Below are positions 48,925 through 57,166 of a DNA stretch of 64,000 bases, one piece after another. Positions within the stretch are counted from its first letter, which is position 1, and each line of letters begins with the position of its first letter. Below the pieces are notes generated by a model. That model saw only the letters and a list, made by a program, of their open reading frames with translations, was not told the origin of the DNA and did no database searches. Position numbers and translations under genes: made by a program. This DNA is from Candidatus Omnitrophota bacterium (GTDB lineage: Bacteria > Omnitrophota > Gorgyraeia > Zapsychrales > Zapsychraceae), in the NCBI GenBank assembly GCA_021108075.1, contig JAIORP010000135.1:87938-151937 (forward strand). Direction: 5' to 3'.

Positions 48925-49980
48925 ATGCCCATGATCATCCCGCATTCCAAACCGTCCTTGACGCTCAAAGACCATCGCTGTTTGCATGACATTTTTCAAA
49001 CAAAAATGATCGCGCAACATCAATTTGTGCGGCAATTTGAAAAAAACTTTTCAACATACCATTCTTTGAAAGATGCCGTTGCCCTGAACTCCGGAACAGC
49101 GGCCTTGCACCTGGCCTTATTAGCCCTCGACGTTCAGCAAGGGGATGAGGTGATCATCCCGTCTTATGTCTGCACGGCTTTATTAAACGCGGTGCATTAC
49201 ACGCAGGCGAAACCGGTGATCGTGGATGTGCTAAGGACGGACGGGAACATTTGTCCCGCGGCGGTTAAACAGGCGCTTACAAGTAAAACAAAAGCGGTCA
49301 TCGTGCCGCACATGTTCGGGATCCCGGCGGATATCCGCCCGATCAAAAATATGGGTGTGCCCATTATTGAAGATTGCGCTCAAGCCCTTGGATCCGAATA
49401 CCGTGACAAAAAAATCGGACAGTTCGGCACAATCAGCATTTTTTCTTTTTACGCCACCAAAGTCATCACCACCGGGGAAGGGGGTATGCTGGCGGCTAAT
49501 AATACCAAACTGATCAACCGCGTCCGTGATTTGCGCGATTATGACAATAAACCAACGTACCGCGTCCGGTTTAATTATAAGCTGACCGACCTGCAGGCCA
49601 AACTCGGGCTGAACCAGTTTAGCCGCTTAGACACATTCTTAAAAAAACGCCGCGCGGTCGCGAAAAAATATGACAAGGCCTTTTTGACCCTGCCCGTCGA
49701 GCGGCCGCAGATTGATTCCGCCAAAAAGCATATCGACTATCGCTATATCATCCGCGTAGAAAAGAAAAGTGCGCTTTTAAAATTTTTACAAGGCAAGGGC
49801 ATCCAGGCCTGTTCACCGGTCTTCAGGCCTCTGCACGCGTGCGCGCAATCATCGGCATGTCCGCAGACAACACAGTTGATGCGGACCGAAATATCGCTGC
49901 CGATTTATCCGGACCTCACGGCAAAGGAAACGCGGCACATCATTCAACAAGTGGTTCAATTTTATACAAAGGAACGATGA
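48925..49980 (+). CDS. DegT/DnrJ/EryC1/StrS-family PLP-dependent sugar aminotransferase
   Basis: N-terminal IPHSKPSL. FSFYATKVITTGEGGML lysine motif. Confidence 0.85.
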   Translation: MPMIIPHSKPSLTLKDHRCLHDIFQTKMIAQHQFVRQFEKNFSTYHSLKDAVALNSGTAALHLALLALDVQQGDEVIIPSYVCTALLNAVHYTQAKPVIVDVLRTDGNICPAAVKQALTSKTKAVIVPHMFGIPADIRPIKNMGVPIIEDCAQALGSEYRDKKIGQFGTISIFSFYATKVITTGEGGMLAANNTKLINRVRDLRDYDNKPTYRVRFNYKLTDLQAKLGLNQFSRLDTFLKKRRAVAKKYDKAFLTLPVERPQIDSAKKHIDYRYIIRVEKKSALLKFLQGKGIQACSPVFRPLHACAQSSACPQTTQLMRTEISLPIYPDLTAKETRHIIQQVVQFYTKER

Positions 49981-50909
49981 AAAAACGTTCGATCAAACAG
50001 TTTATCCGCAGCCTGACGCACATATCCAAAGCGCGCGAACACTATGATATCTTCACGCAGGAATACCCGCCCGGACATTTCTTCAGCCCGATCCCGTCCA
50101 GGGAAGAAATCCTGCAAAGGGCCGATCAAATTTTCCAGAACAATGTTAAAAAAATTCCGGGGATCAAACTAAATCTCACAAAACAAAAGCAATTGCTGGG
50201 CCTGCTGAAACGCTACTATCAGGATATGCCCTTCGCGAAATACCAGAGCGACCGGCTGCGGTATTATTTCAATAATAATTTCTTCAGTTACGCCGACGCG
50301 GTGATTTACTATTGCCTCCTGCGCCATTACAAACCAAAAAACATCATTGAGATCGGTTCAGGCTTTTCTTCGGCGGTTACACTGGACACGAACGACCTTT
50401 TTTTCAAAGGAAAGATTGAATGCGCTTTTATTGAGCCCTATTGCGACCGTCTAAGGTCTTTGATGAATGAAAACGACCGAAAAAAATACACCATCCTGAA
50501 ACAACCTGTTCAGGATGTGCCTTTGTCCTTTTTTGAAAAACTGTCCGGGCGCGACGTGCTGTTCATTGACTCCTCACACGTGCTCAAGGCCGGCAGCGAT
50601 GTCAACTATATCCTGTTTGAGGTTCTGCCGCGGTTGAAAAAAGGGGTGCTGATCCATTTTCATGATATCTTTTATCCATTCGAGTACCCGCGCCGATGGA
50701 TTGAAGGGGGCCGCGCCTGGAACGAAGCCTATGCCCTGCGGGCCTTTCTGCAATACAATTCCGCCTATGACATTCTGCTTTTTAATACATACCTTCAGCA
50801 AACCCAAAACGAATGGTTTCACAAACACATGCCGCTCTTCCTGAATAAGACCAACCTGGATTGGAGCCTGATCGAAGAATGCAGCAGCTTGTGGCTGATG
50901 AAAAATTAA
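49977..50909 (+). CDS. Putative SAM-dependent methyltransferase (TylF/CmcI-like fold)
   Basis: NIIEIGSGFSSAV glycine-rich motif and FIDSSH motif. ATG at 49977 overlaps the DegT stop (ATGA); the track start 49839 lies inside DegT. Confidence 0.4.
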   Translation: MKKRSIKQFIRSLTHISKAREHYDIFTQEYPPGHFFSPIPSREEILQRADQIFQNNVKKIPGIKLNLTKQKQLLGLLKRYYQDMPFAKYQSDRLRYYFNNNFFSYADAVIYYCLLRHYKPKNIIEIGSGFSSAVTLDTNDLFFKGKIECAFIEPYCDRLRSLMNENDRKKYTILKQPVQDVPLSFFEKLSGRDVLFIDSSHVLKAGSDVNYILFEVLPRLKKGVLIHFHDIFYPFEYPRRWIEGGRAWNEAYALRAFLQYNSAYDILLFNTYLQQTQNEWFHKHMPLFLNKTNLDWSLIEECSSLWLMKN

Positions 50910-50913
50910 AAAA

Positions 50914-50962
50914 CGTGAGGACGGTTGGTACTTTTTTTAATAAAGTACCAACCGTCCCTACG
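50914..50962. terminator. Palindromic hairpin element (copy 1) immediately after the 50909 stop. Probable bidirectional terminator.
   Basis: GGACGGTTGGTAC-TTTTTTTAATAAA-GTACCAACCGTCC. Same core as the copy at 53303-53358. Confidence 0.5.
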
Positions 50963-51005
50963 TTTCAGGGGGAGAGTATGTCCCGGTTTGTCCATTAGTG
51001 TCATA

Positions 51006-51035
51006 TTGACAAAATACCAATTTAATAGTAATAAT
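51006..51035 (+). promoter_or_regulatory. Candidate sigma70 promoter for the PEP-CTERM protein gene
   Basis: Perfect TTGACA at 51006-51011, 17-nt spacer, TAATAAT -10-like region. About 60 nt upstream of ATG 51093, which has a GGGGA RBS. Confidence 0.4.
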
Positions 51036-51092
51036 GAATGTCAAACCATACTACTCGAAAAATCATTATTACTTTGTCAAAGGGGAAAAACG

Positions 51093-53252
51093 ATGAAAAC
51101 AAAAGTACTGCTTAGCCTTGGTGTCTTTATCTTTATTTTAACGTCCGCCTTACCGGCCTTTGCCGAAACGGTTTATTGGGATGGAGAAGGAACCAGTGAC
51201 CTCTGGAGTGATCATCTAAACTGGAATTCAGACATTAATCCGGTGGACGGTGATGATGTTCTCCTCGACGGCGATTTGTTTGGAAGTTATTTTAGTGTAA
51301 TATACGATGAACCCGCGCTTTCCTTAAATTCATTAACAATAGATTGGGACGCCTGGCTTGATCATTCCCTCTGTTATTCACTTTCAGTCGGCCAGGAGAC
51401 GATCGGGAATTTTAGTTACGGTTTTTTATATCAATCCGGCGGGTCACATAGTGTAACCGGTGATCTATATCAGGGGTACAACTCAGAGGCCTTCGGTGAT
51501 TATTTGCTGACTGACGGCGGCAGTTTGTCGGTTGGAGGAAACCACCTGATCGCCGGGGACGGTGGCGCTTATTTTGAGTTAGACGGTTCCGGTGTTCATA
51601 CCGTCAACAATGACTTAAACCTGGGACAGGGATCTGCCAGTAATGGTCAATATGATTTGATTCAGGGCGATTTAATCGTCTATGGAAATTTAAACAACGG
51701 ACACGAGGGTACGGGCGCATTCAGTCAATCCCTGGGATCGAATACCATCCACGGAGACCTCGCGCTCGGTACCGGCTCCGGTGTAGGTTACTATGATTTA
51801 TACGACGGCTCGCTTTCGGTTACCGGTGGGGAATTCATCGGCAGTGTCGGCAACGGGTGGTTTGAGCAATACAATGGTACCCATGAGAACTTTGGTCACA
51901 CCGTCATCGGCCAATACACAGGCAGTGAAGGATATTATACGCAGGAAGGCGGCGACTATTTCATCGATGGAAATTTCACAATCGCGGCTTATAACGGTAG
52001 CTTCGGCGAATACACCCTGAATGACGGGACCCTCGCCGTTAATCTGTATAATAACAGAAAAGAAGTGTTTATCGGTAATGGCGGAACAGGTTATTTCTAC
52101 CAAAACGGCGGTTTCTTTGATGCCCACGATTCCGGAGTCTATCTCGGTAACCAGTCGACCAGTTCAGGAACCTATATTATGACCGGTGGCCAGTTTGATG
52201 CCAGCGGTATGGCTCTTGGCGAATGGGGCGGGACCGCCTATTTTCTGCAAGACGGCGGAACGGTCAACATGCTAAATGACCATTTAACCCTTGCTCGTCA
52301 GGGTTCCAGCACGGGGACTTATGATATATGGAACGGAGACTTGAACATTCAGAACGGCGATCTTGTTGTTGGTAAACTGGGTTTTGGGACATTCAATCAG
52401 ACCGGCGGCACAGTGAACGTGAGTGGTAACGTTATCATTTCTGCCACACCCAATTCCAGTTGGGGGATCTATAACCTTACATACGGCACATTGAACGCCG
52501 GCACAATCAACAATAACGGTAAATTTTATTATTCCGGCGGACAACTGAACGCCAGTATTTCCAATTCAGCCGGAGCAACGGTTGACGTCAGCGGGGCAGG
52601 AACGACTATCAACGGAGATTTTCATAACCACGGCACGTTTAAAGTGACAAACACAACGACAAACATTACCGGCAGCTTTCATAATTTCAACGCGTTTATT
52701 AGCGATCCCGCGACCACACATGTCCAGGACCTGATTGTTGAAGGCTCCGGATATATCAGCGCGGGCGTGGGTGATGAGATCCACATCACAGGCAACTTCA
52801 AAGATAAAAGCACCCGGAATCAGGACTTTCAAACCCGCAACGCGCAGTTATTTTTTGATGGTAGCGCCCATGAAGTGATGTTTAATAGCCTGGACCTCGG
52901 CCCGCAGGAGACAGCCTATGACAATAATTTTGGATGGGGCCATGTCGACTTTGGGTTAGGCACGTTCACTCTTATTACGCAGGATGATGGCCGACTCGGG
53001 GCTTTATATACAGGGACCATTGGCGGAATAGATGTGTCCGGGGATATCTTAAATAATTTTAGCGGGGATAACAATATTTATTATCTGGCACAGGCTAACT
53101 CATGGTTAAATGGAAAGACATATGATTTTGCTACAGGCCATGGGCAGCTGATCGCTGCCGGCGTCGTGCCGGAACCGATCAGCTCGGTCTTGTTTACGCT
53201 TGGCAGTGCTGTTCTTGCCGCTTCCGGAATTCGAAAAAAACGTAGCCGGTAA
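51093..53252 (+). CDS. Secreted PEP-CTERM-anchored protein with about 22-aa glycine-rich beta-strand repeats (autotransporter-associated/beta-helix-like)
   Basis: Signal peptide MKTKVLLSLGVFIFILTSALPAFA. Repeats of the form GxYxLxxGxLxVxGN. C-terminal VPEP + hydrophobic TM + RKKRSR is the canonical PEP-CTERM sorting signal. The track ORF start 50925 is upstream read-through. Confidence 0.8.
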   Translation: MKTKVLLSLGVFIFILTSALPAFAETVYWDGEGTSDLWSDHLNWNSDINPVDGDDVLLDGDLFGSYFSVIYDEPALSLNSLTIDWDAWLDHSLCYSLSVGQETIGNFSYGFLYQSGGSHSVTGDLYQGYNSEAFGDYLLTDGGSLSVGGNHLIAGDGGAYFELDGSGVHTVNNDLNLGQGSASNGQYDLIQGDLIVYGNLNNGHEGTGAFSQSLGSNTIHGDLALGTGSGVGYYDLYDGSLSVTGGEFIGSVGNGWFEQYNGTHENFGHTVIGQYTGSEGYYTQEGGDYFIDGNFTIAAYNGSFGEYTLNDGTLAVNLYNNRKEVFIGNGGTGYFYQNGGFFDAHDSGVYLGNQSTSSGTYIMTGGQFDASGMALGEWGGTAYFLQDGGTVNMLNDHLTLARQGSSTGTYDIWNGDLNIQNGDLVVGKLGFGTFNQTGGTVNVSGNVIISATPNSSWGIYNLTYGTLNAGTINNNGKFYYSGGQLNASISNSAGATVDVSGAGTTINGDFHNHGTFKVTNTTTNITGSFHNFNAFISDPATTHVQDLIVEGSGYISAGVGDEIHITGNFKDKSTRNQDFQTRNAQLFFDGSAHEVMFNSLDLGPQETAYDNNFGWGHVDFGLGTFTLITQDDGRLGALYTGTIGGIDVSGDILNNFSGDNNIYYLAQANSWLNGKTYDFATGHGQLIAAGVVPEPISSVLFTLGSAVLAASGIRKKRSR

Positions 53253-53302
53253 TAATCTTTCGGCATTTCTTTTTTAATATCAGGTCATACGTTAGAATCT
53301 TT

Positions 53303-53358
53303 ATAAAAGTAGGGACGGTTGGTACTTTTTTAAAAAGTACCAACCGTCCCTACTTTTT
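53303..53358. terminator. Palindromic hairpin element (copy 2) with flanking A- and T-runs. Rho-independent bidirectional terminator after the PEP-CTERM gene.
   Basis: AAAAGTAGGGACGGTTGGTACTTTTTT / AAAAAGTACCAACCGTCCCTACTTTTT, about 21-bp perfect stem followed by TTTTTCT. Confidence 0.65.
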
Positions 53359-53389
53359 CTTACTTTTTAGTTTAACGTATTGGTATTAC

Positions 53390-53418
53390 TTGCATATTAC
53401 AATCATCCATACTATAAT
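53390..53418 (+). promoter_or_regulatory. Candidate sigma70 promoter for gltA
   Basis: TTGCAT at 53390-53395, 17-nt spacer, consensus TATAAT at 53413-53418. About 105 nt upstream of the gltA start. Confidence 0.35.
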
Positions 53419-53523
53419 AGACGCTCATTTCCACCAAAGACTCACATTTGACTAACCGCAATAATATATTAAGAAGTCAATATTAAAGAAAAAGACATCA
53501 AAAGAACCGGGGAGGTTTATACG

Positions 53524-54813
53524 ATGAGCGACACAGCTAAATTAATATTAGGTGACAAAACCTACAATTTGCCGATTATTACAGGAACAGAAAATGAAAA
53601 AGCGATTGATATCACAAAACTCAGGACAGAAACATCTTTTATCACTTTAGACAACGGATTCGCCAATACCGGCGCGACAGAAAGCAGCATCACCTTCATT
53701 GACGGAGAAAAAAGCATTTTGCGTTATAGAGGGATACCCATTGAACAAGTCGCTGAACACTCCACTTTTGTTGAAACAGCCTATTTACTTATTTATAATC
53801 ACTTACCAAACAAATGTGAATTAGAAGTTTTTTCAAAGTCATTCACAGAACAAGCCATGATTCACGAAGACATGAAAAACTTCTTTAACGGTTATCCCTC
53901 CGGAGGGCATCCGATGAGTATCCTGGCGTCCATGGTCTGCTCCTTATCCGCCTATTACCCGGAGCTCGTCAAACCCAATCCATCCAAGGAAGAAATTGAC
54001 CTGTGTGTTGTTGAACTGCTGTCCAAGGTCAGGACCATTTGCGCGTTCTCTTACAAGAAATCCATTGGCGAACCCTTTATTTACCCCCGCCATGATTTGC
54101 GTTACGTGTCAAACTTCCTGAATATGCTGTTCTCATCCAGCAACCGTTATTATGACATCAACCCTATCATCGTTGACACCTTAGAAGTGCTCTTTATTCT
54201 CCACGCTGACCACGAACAAAATTGCAGCACGTCCACCTGCCGCCTGGTAGGAAGTTCCTGGGCCAATTTGTTCGCGAGCGTGTCTGCCGCGATTTGTGCC
54301 TTATGGGGCCCATTGCACGGCGGGGCCAATCAAAGTGTTATTGAAATGTTGCAATCGATCATTGCGGATGGCGGCGACCTGAAAAAATACATTAACAAGG
54401 CCAAAGACCGGAATGACCCGTTCCGGCTGATGGGCTTCGGCCACCGTGTTTATAAAAACTACGACCCGCGCGCCCGTATTATTAAAAAGAAGGCCTATGA
54501 GGTCTTCAACAAACTCGGCATCAATGACCCGCTGCTCGACCTGGCTGTTAAGTTAGAAGAGCAGGTCTTAAAAGATGAATACTTCATTGAACGCAAACTT
54601 TATCCGAATGTTGATTTCTATAGCGGGCTTATTTACCAGGCCATTGGCATTCCAACAAAAATGTTCCCGGTCATGTTCGCCATCGGCCGTCTTCCTGGCT
54701 GGATCGCGCATTGGGTTGAAATGCGTGAAAATCCAAAATCACGCATCGGCCGGCCAAGACAAATTTACATCGGTAATAATGAAACAAATTATACGCCGAT
54801 CGGCAATCGATAA
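53524..54813 (+). CDS. gltA: Citrate synthase
   Basis: GFGHRVYKNYDPRA signature. Size 429 aa. HGGANQ motif. Confidence 0.9.
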   Translation: MSDTAKLILGDKTYNLPIITGTENEKAIDITKLRTETSFITLDNGFANTGATESSITFIDGEKSILRYRGIPIEQVAEHSTFVETAYLLIYNHLPNKCELEVFSKSFTEQAMIHEDMKNFFNGYPSGGHPMSILASMVCSLSAYYPELVKPNPSKEEIDLCVVELLSKVRTICAFSYKKSIGEPFIYPRHDLRYVSNFLNMLFSSSNRYYDINPIIVDTLEVLFILHADHEQNCSTSTCRLVGSSWANLFASVSAAICALWGPLHGGANQSVIEMLQSIIADGGDLKKYINKAKDRNDPFRLMGFGHRVYKNYDPRARIIKKKAYEVFNKLGINDPLLDLAVKLEEQVLKDEYFIERKLYPNVDFYSGLIYQAIGIPTKMFPVMFAIGRLPGWIAHWVEMRENPKSRIGRPRQIYIGNNETNYTPIGNR

Positions 54814-55115
54814 TTATAAAGTCGTATCTCGTGGTCCGCATATTGCAACCAGGAATATGAGCAAAACAGATCCTTATAATTTCACGGAATCAGTATATTT
54901 GATTCAGGAATATAACCGTTAAAAAGCTGTTTTCTTTAAAACCGTTACTTCCTTTTTTTATTAATTTTTTCATTGTAAAATAAATACAAAATCTAAAAAA
55001 ATTAAACAGCAAAACATACATTCGCGCTGGAATATCGAGATACGAAATACCAGCAGCAGATAAATTTTGACCTTAATTTTTTTATATAAATCATATCTGA
55101 GAAAGGGGTATCAGC

Positions 55116-56567
55116 GTGATCACCTTCCAAGCTAAAACACAAGGCCATCAAACGGCAACGCTTATCTTACTTTATAAAGACACGACCGGAAAGGCGCAAC
55201 ATCCTTTGATCCCAAAAGATGTGACTGAACCGATCAAGGACCTGGCCGAAAAAAAACAATTTGACGGAGATAAAGGCGTGCTTTTTCCTCTGATGATCAA
55301 CGACCAACTCTATTTACTGGTTGGTCTGGGGAAACAAAAAGACGCAACCCCGACTTCCATAAGGATTGTTGTCCGGCAGGCGTGTTTAAGTGCATATCTA
55401 AAAAACACACCATCTGCTGAAATCATTCCCGCGGATCATGAGACAGAAACAATTATCGCGGTTATTGAAGGGATCCTGCTGGGCACCTACACGTGGGATA
55501 AATACATAACCCCGCCAAAGGAAAACGCGCCCATCAAAGACAAAGACTATGTGATCATCACAAAGAAGAAAAAAACTTATGAAGACAGCATCGTCATTTG
55601 CGCGGGCACGAATTTCACCCGCGATTTAGTGAACGACAACGCGGACACGGTCCATTCGGAATTTTTGGAAAAAACGGTCCGGGATGTGATCAAGGGGCAC
55701 AAGAACACAAAGCTAACCGTCTTCGGCCGCAAAGAACTCAAAGCCAGGGGAATGAACCTGCATCTGGCTGTTAACCAGGGCAGCCGCTACGAGCCGAAAC
55801 TGATCATCGTCGAATATAACGGCGACAAACCAAATAACAAATACAGCGCGATCGTCGGCAAAGGGATCACCTATGACACCGGCGGGCTCAACCTGAAACC
55901 TTCGGGTTATATGGAAACCATGCGCATGGATATGGGCGGCACAGCCTCAGTTATTGGTACGATGCAAAATATCCTGGCATTAGCGCCAAAGAAAAACATT
56001 CTCTTTGCCTGCGGCATCGCTGAGAACGCGATTGGACCGGGCGCCTACAAGCCGGGCGATATCATTAAAAGTTTTTCCGGAAAAACAGTTGAGGTGGCCA
56101 ATACCGATGCCGAAGGCCGCTTAGTGCTGGCTGATGCCTTATCCTATCTGACCGAGACCTATAAAATTAAACGCGTTATCGATATCGCGACGCTAACAGG
56201 CGCATGTGTGGTCGCTCTCGGGCATGATTACACGGGCCTGATGTCTTCCCAGGATGACTTTGCTCAAAAGATGCTCACGTCCGCGCAGGCGACCGATGAC
56301 CGGGCCTGGCAATTGCCGATTTACCCGGAATTGAAAAACGCCGTGAAATCAAAGATCGCAGACATCCGTAATTTAGGATTCGCAAAAGGTGCTGCCGGCA
56401 CAATCACGGCAGGGGAATTCCTGCGTCAGTTCACTAATGATGTGCCCTGGGCGCATCTCGATATCGCCGGATCAGCCTGGGTCGATGGGGCTGACCGTAT
56501 GTATTTTGGACATGGCGCGACAGGAGCGAGCGTCCGTTTACTGACACACTTTTTAAGGAATCATTAG
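55116..56567 (+). CDS. pepA: Leucyl aminopeptidase (M17 family)
   Basis: NTDAEGRLVLADAL signature. GTG start preceded by an AAAGGGG RBS. Confidence 0.85.
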   Translation: MITFQAKTQGHQTATLILLYKDTTGKAQHPLIPKDVTEPIKDLAEKKQFDGDKGVLFPLMINDQLYLLVGLGKQKDATPTSIRIVVRQACLSAYLKNTPSAEIIPADHETETIIAVIEGILLGTYTWDKYITPPKENAPIKDKDYVIITKKKKTYEDSIVICAGTNFTRDLVNDNADTVHSEFLEKTVRDVIKGHKNTKLTVFGRKELKARGMNLHLAVNQGSRYEPKLIIVEYNGDKPNNKYSAIVGKGITYDTGGLNLKPSGYMETMRMDMGGTASVIGTMQNILALAPKKNILFACGIAENAIGPGAYKPGDIIKSFSGKTVEVANTDAEGRLVLADALSYLTETYKIKRVIDIATLTGACVVALGHDYTGLMSSQDDFAQKMLTSAQATDDRAWQLPIYPELKNAVKSKIADIRNLGFAKGAAGTITAGEFLRQFTNDVPWAHLDIAGSAWVDGADRMYFGHGATGASVRLLTHFLRNH

Positions 56568-56857
56568 GGTACGATCTCACGCATCCAGTGTTATGCCCGA
56601 CTATAAATAAATATTCCGTATCTCATATCTCGAATAAGGAAGACCTATCTCACAGAGCCAGAATACGAAAACATACGACGGTCATATGTCTTCATGGAAC
56701 ACAAATATTTCAATCATTGTATGTCTATGACAGGGATCACGTCCTTCAGATTCCGTATCTAAACACATTGAAAAAAACACAGGGAAACACACTGAATTGA
56801 AATATCCAGTGCGAGGATAAATTAATTTCTGCACTAAAAGATTGAGGGTAAGATTGT

Positions 56858-56883
56858 CCCCCCACTCTTTTTTTGGGGGGGGG
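56858..56883. repeat. Homopolymer hairpin C6-ACTC-T7-G9 in the pepA/nfeD intergenic region
   Basis: CCCCCCACTCTTTTTTTGGGGGGGGG. Potential stem-loop and/or slippage-prone G9 tract. Confidence 0.6.
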
Positions 56884-57166
56884 AAGCACCTCCGGAGGAG
56901 GGACGCCAAATGGAGATGAATTTCCCTGGCGGAAGTGGCTCGCTTATAAAAAAATTAATTTGGCAAGACACTAATTATTTATATTTAAATATCATTTTGG
57001 ATTCTTCGATTCATCCATTATAATTTTAATACGAATCCAAACAAAAGGCATAAGTACCGATATACTTTTTTGCTCTGGATATCCGACAGAGCAAACGTGC
57101 GATATTGATCCATACAGAGGTTGTGCGATACGAAATATTTATCCACTGAGATGCTAGGAGATTGTC

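Noticed and set aside
48515-48934. ORFs 48545-48934 (+, RMQKVPKKNRMKK repeats) and 48515-48823 (-, SSRDFLHS repeats)
   Set aside because: These are alternative frames across the 27-bp tandem repeat at the 3' end of the 47005 gene. The repetition creates long open frames in every phase.
50925-51092. N-terminal 56-aa extension of the PEP-CTERM ORF in the six-frame track (start 50925)
   Set aside because: The extension reads through the terminator palindrome and promoter. A canonical signal peptide begins at the ATG at 51093 with an upstream GGGGA RBS.
56588-56800. 70-aa ORF in the pepA/nfeD intergenic region
   Set aside because: No RBS, a His/Cys-poor random-looking sequence, and it overlaps the repeated CGTATCTC motifs. 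More likely non-coding regulatory sequence.
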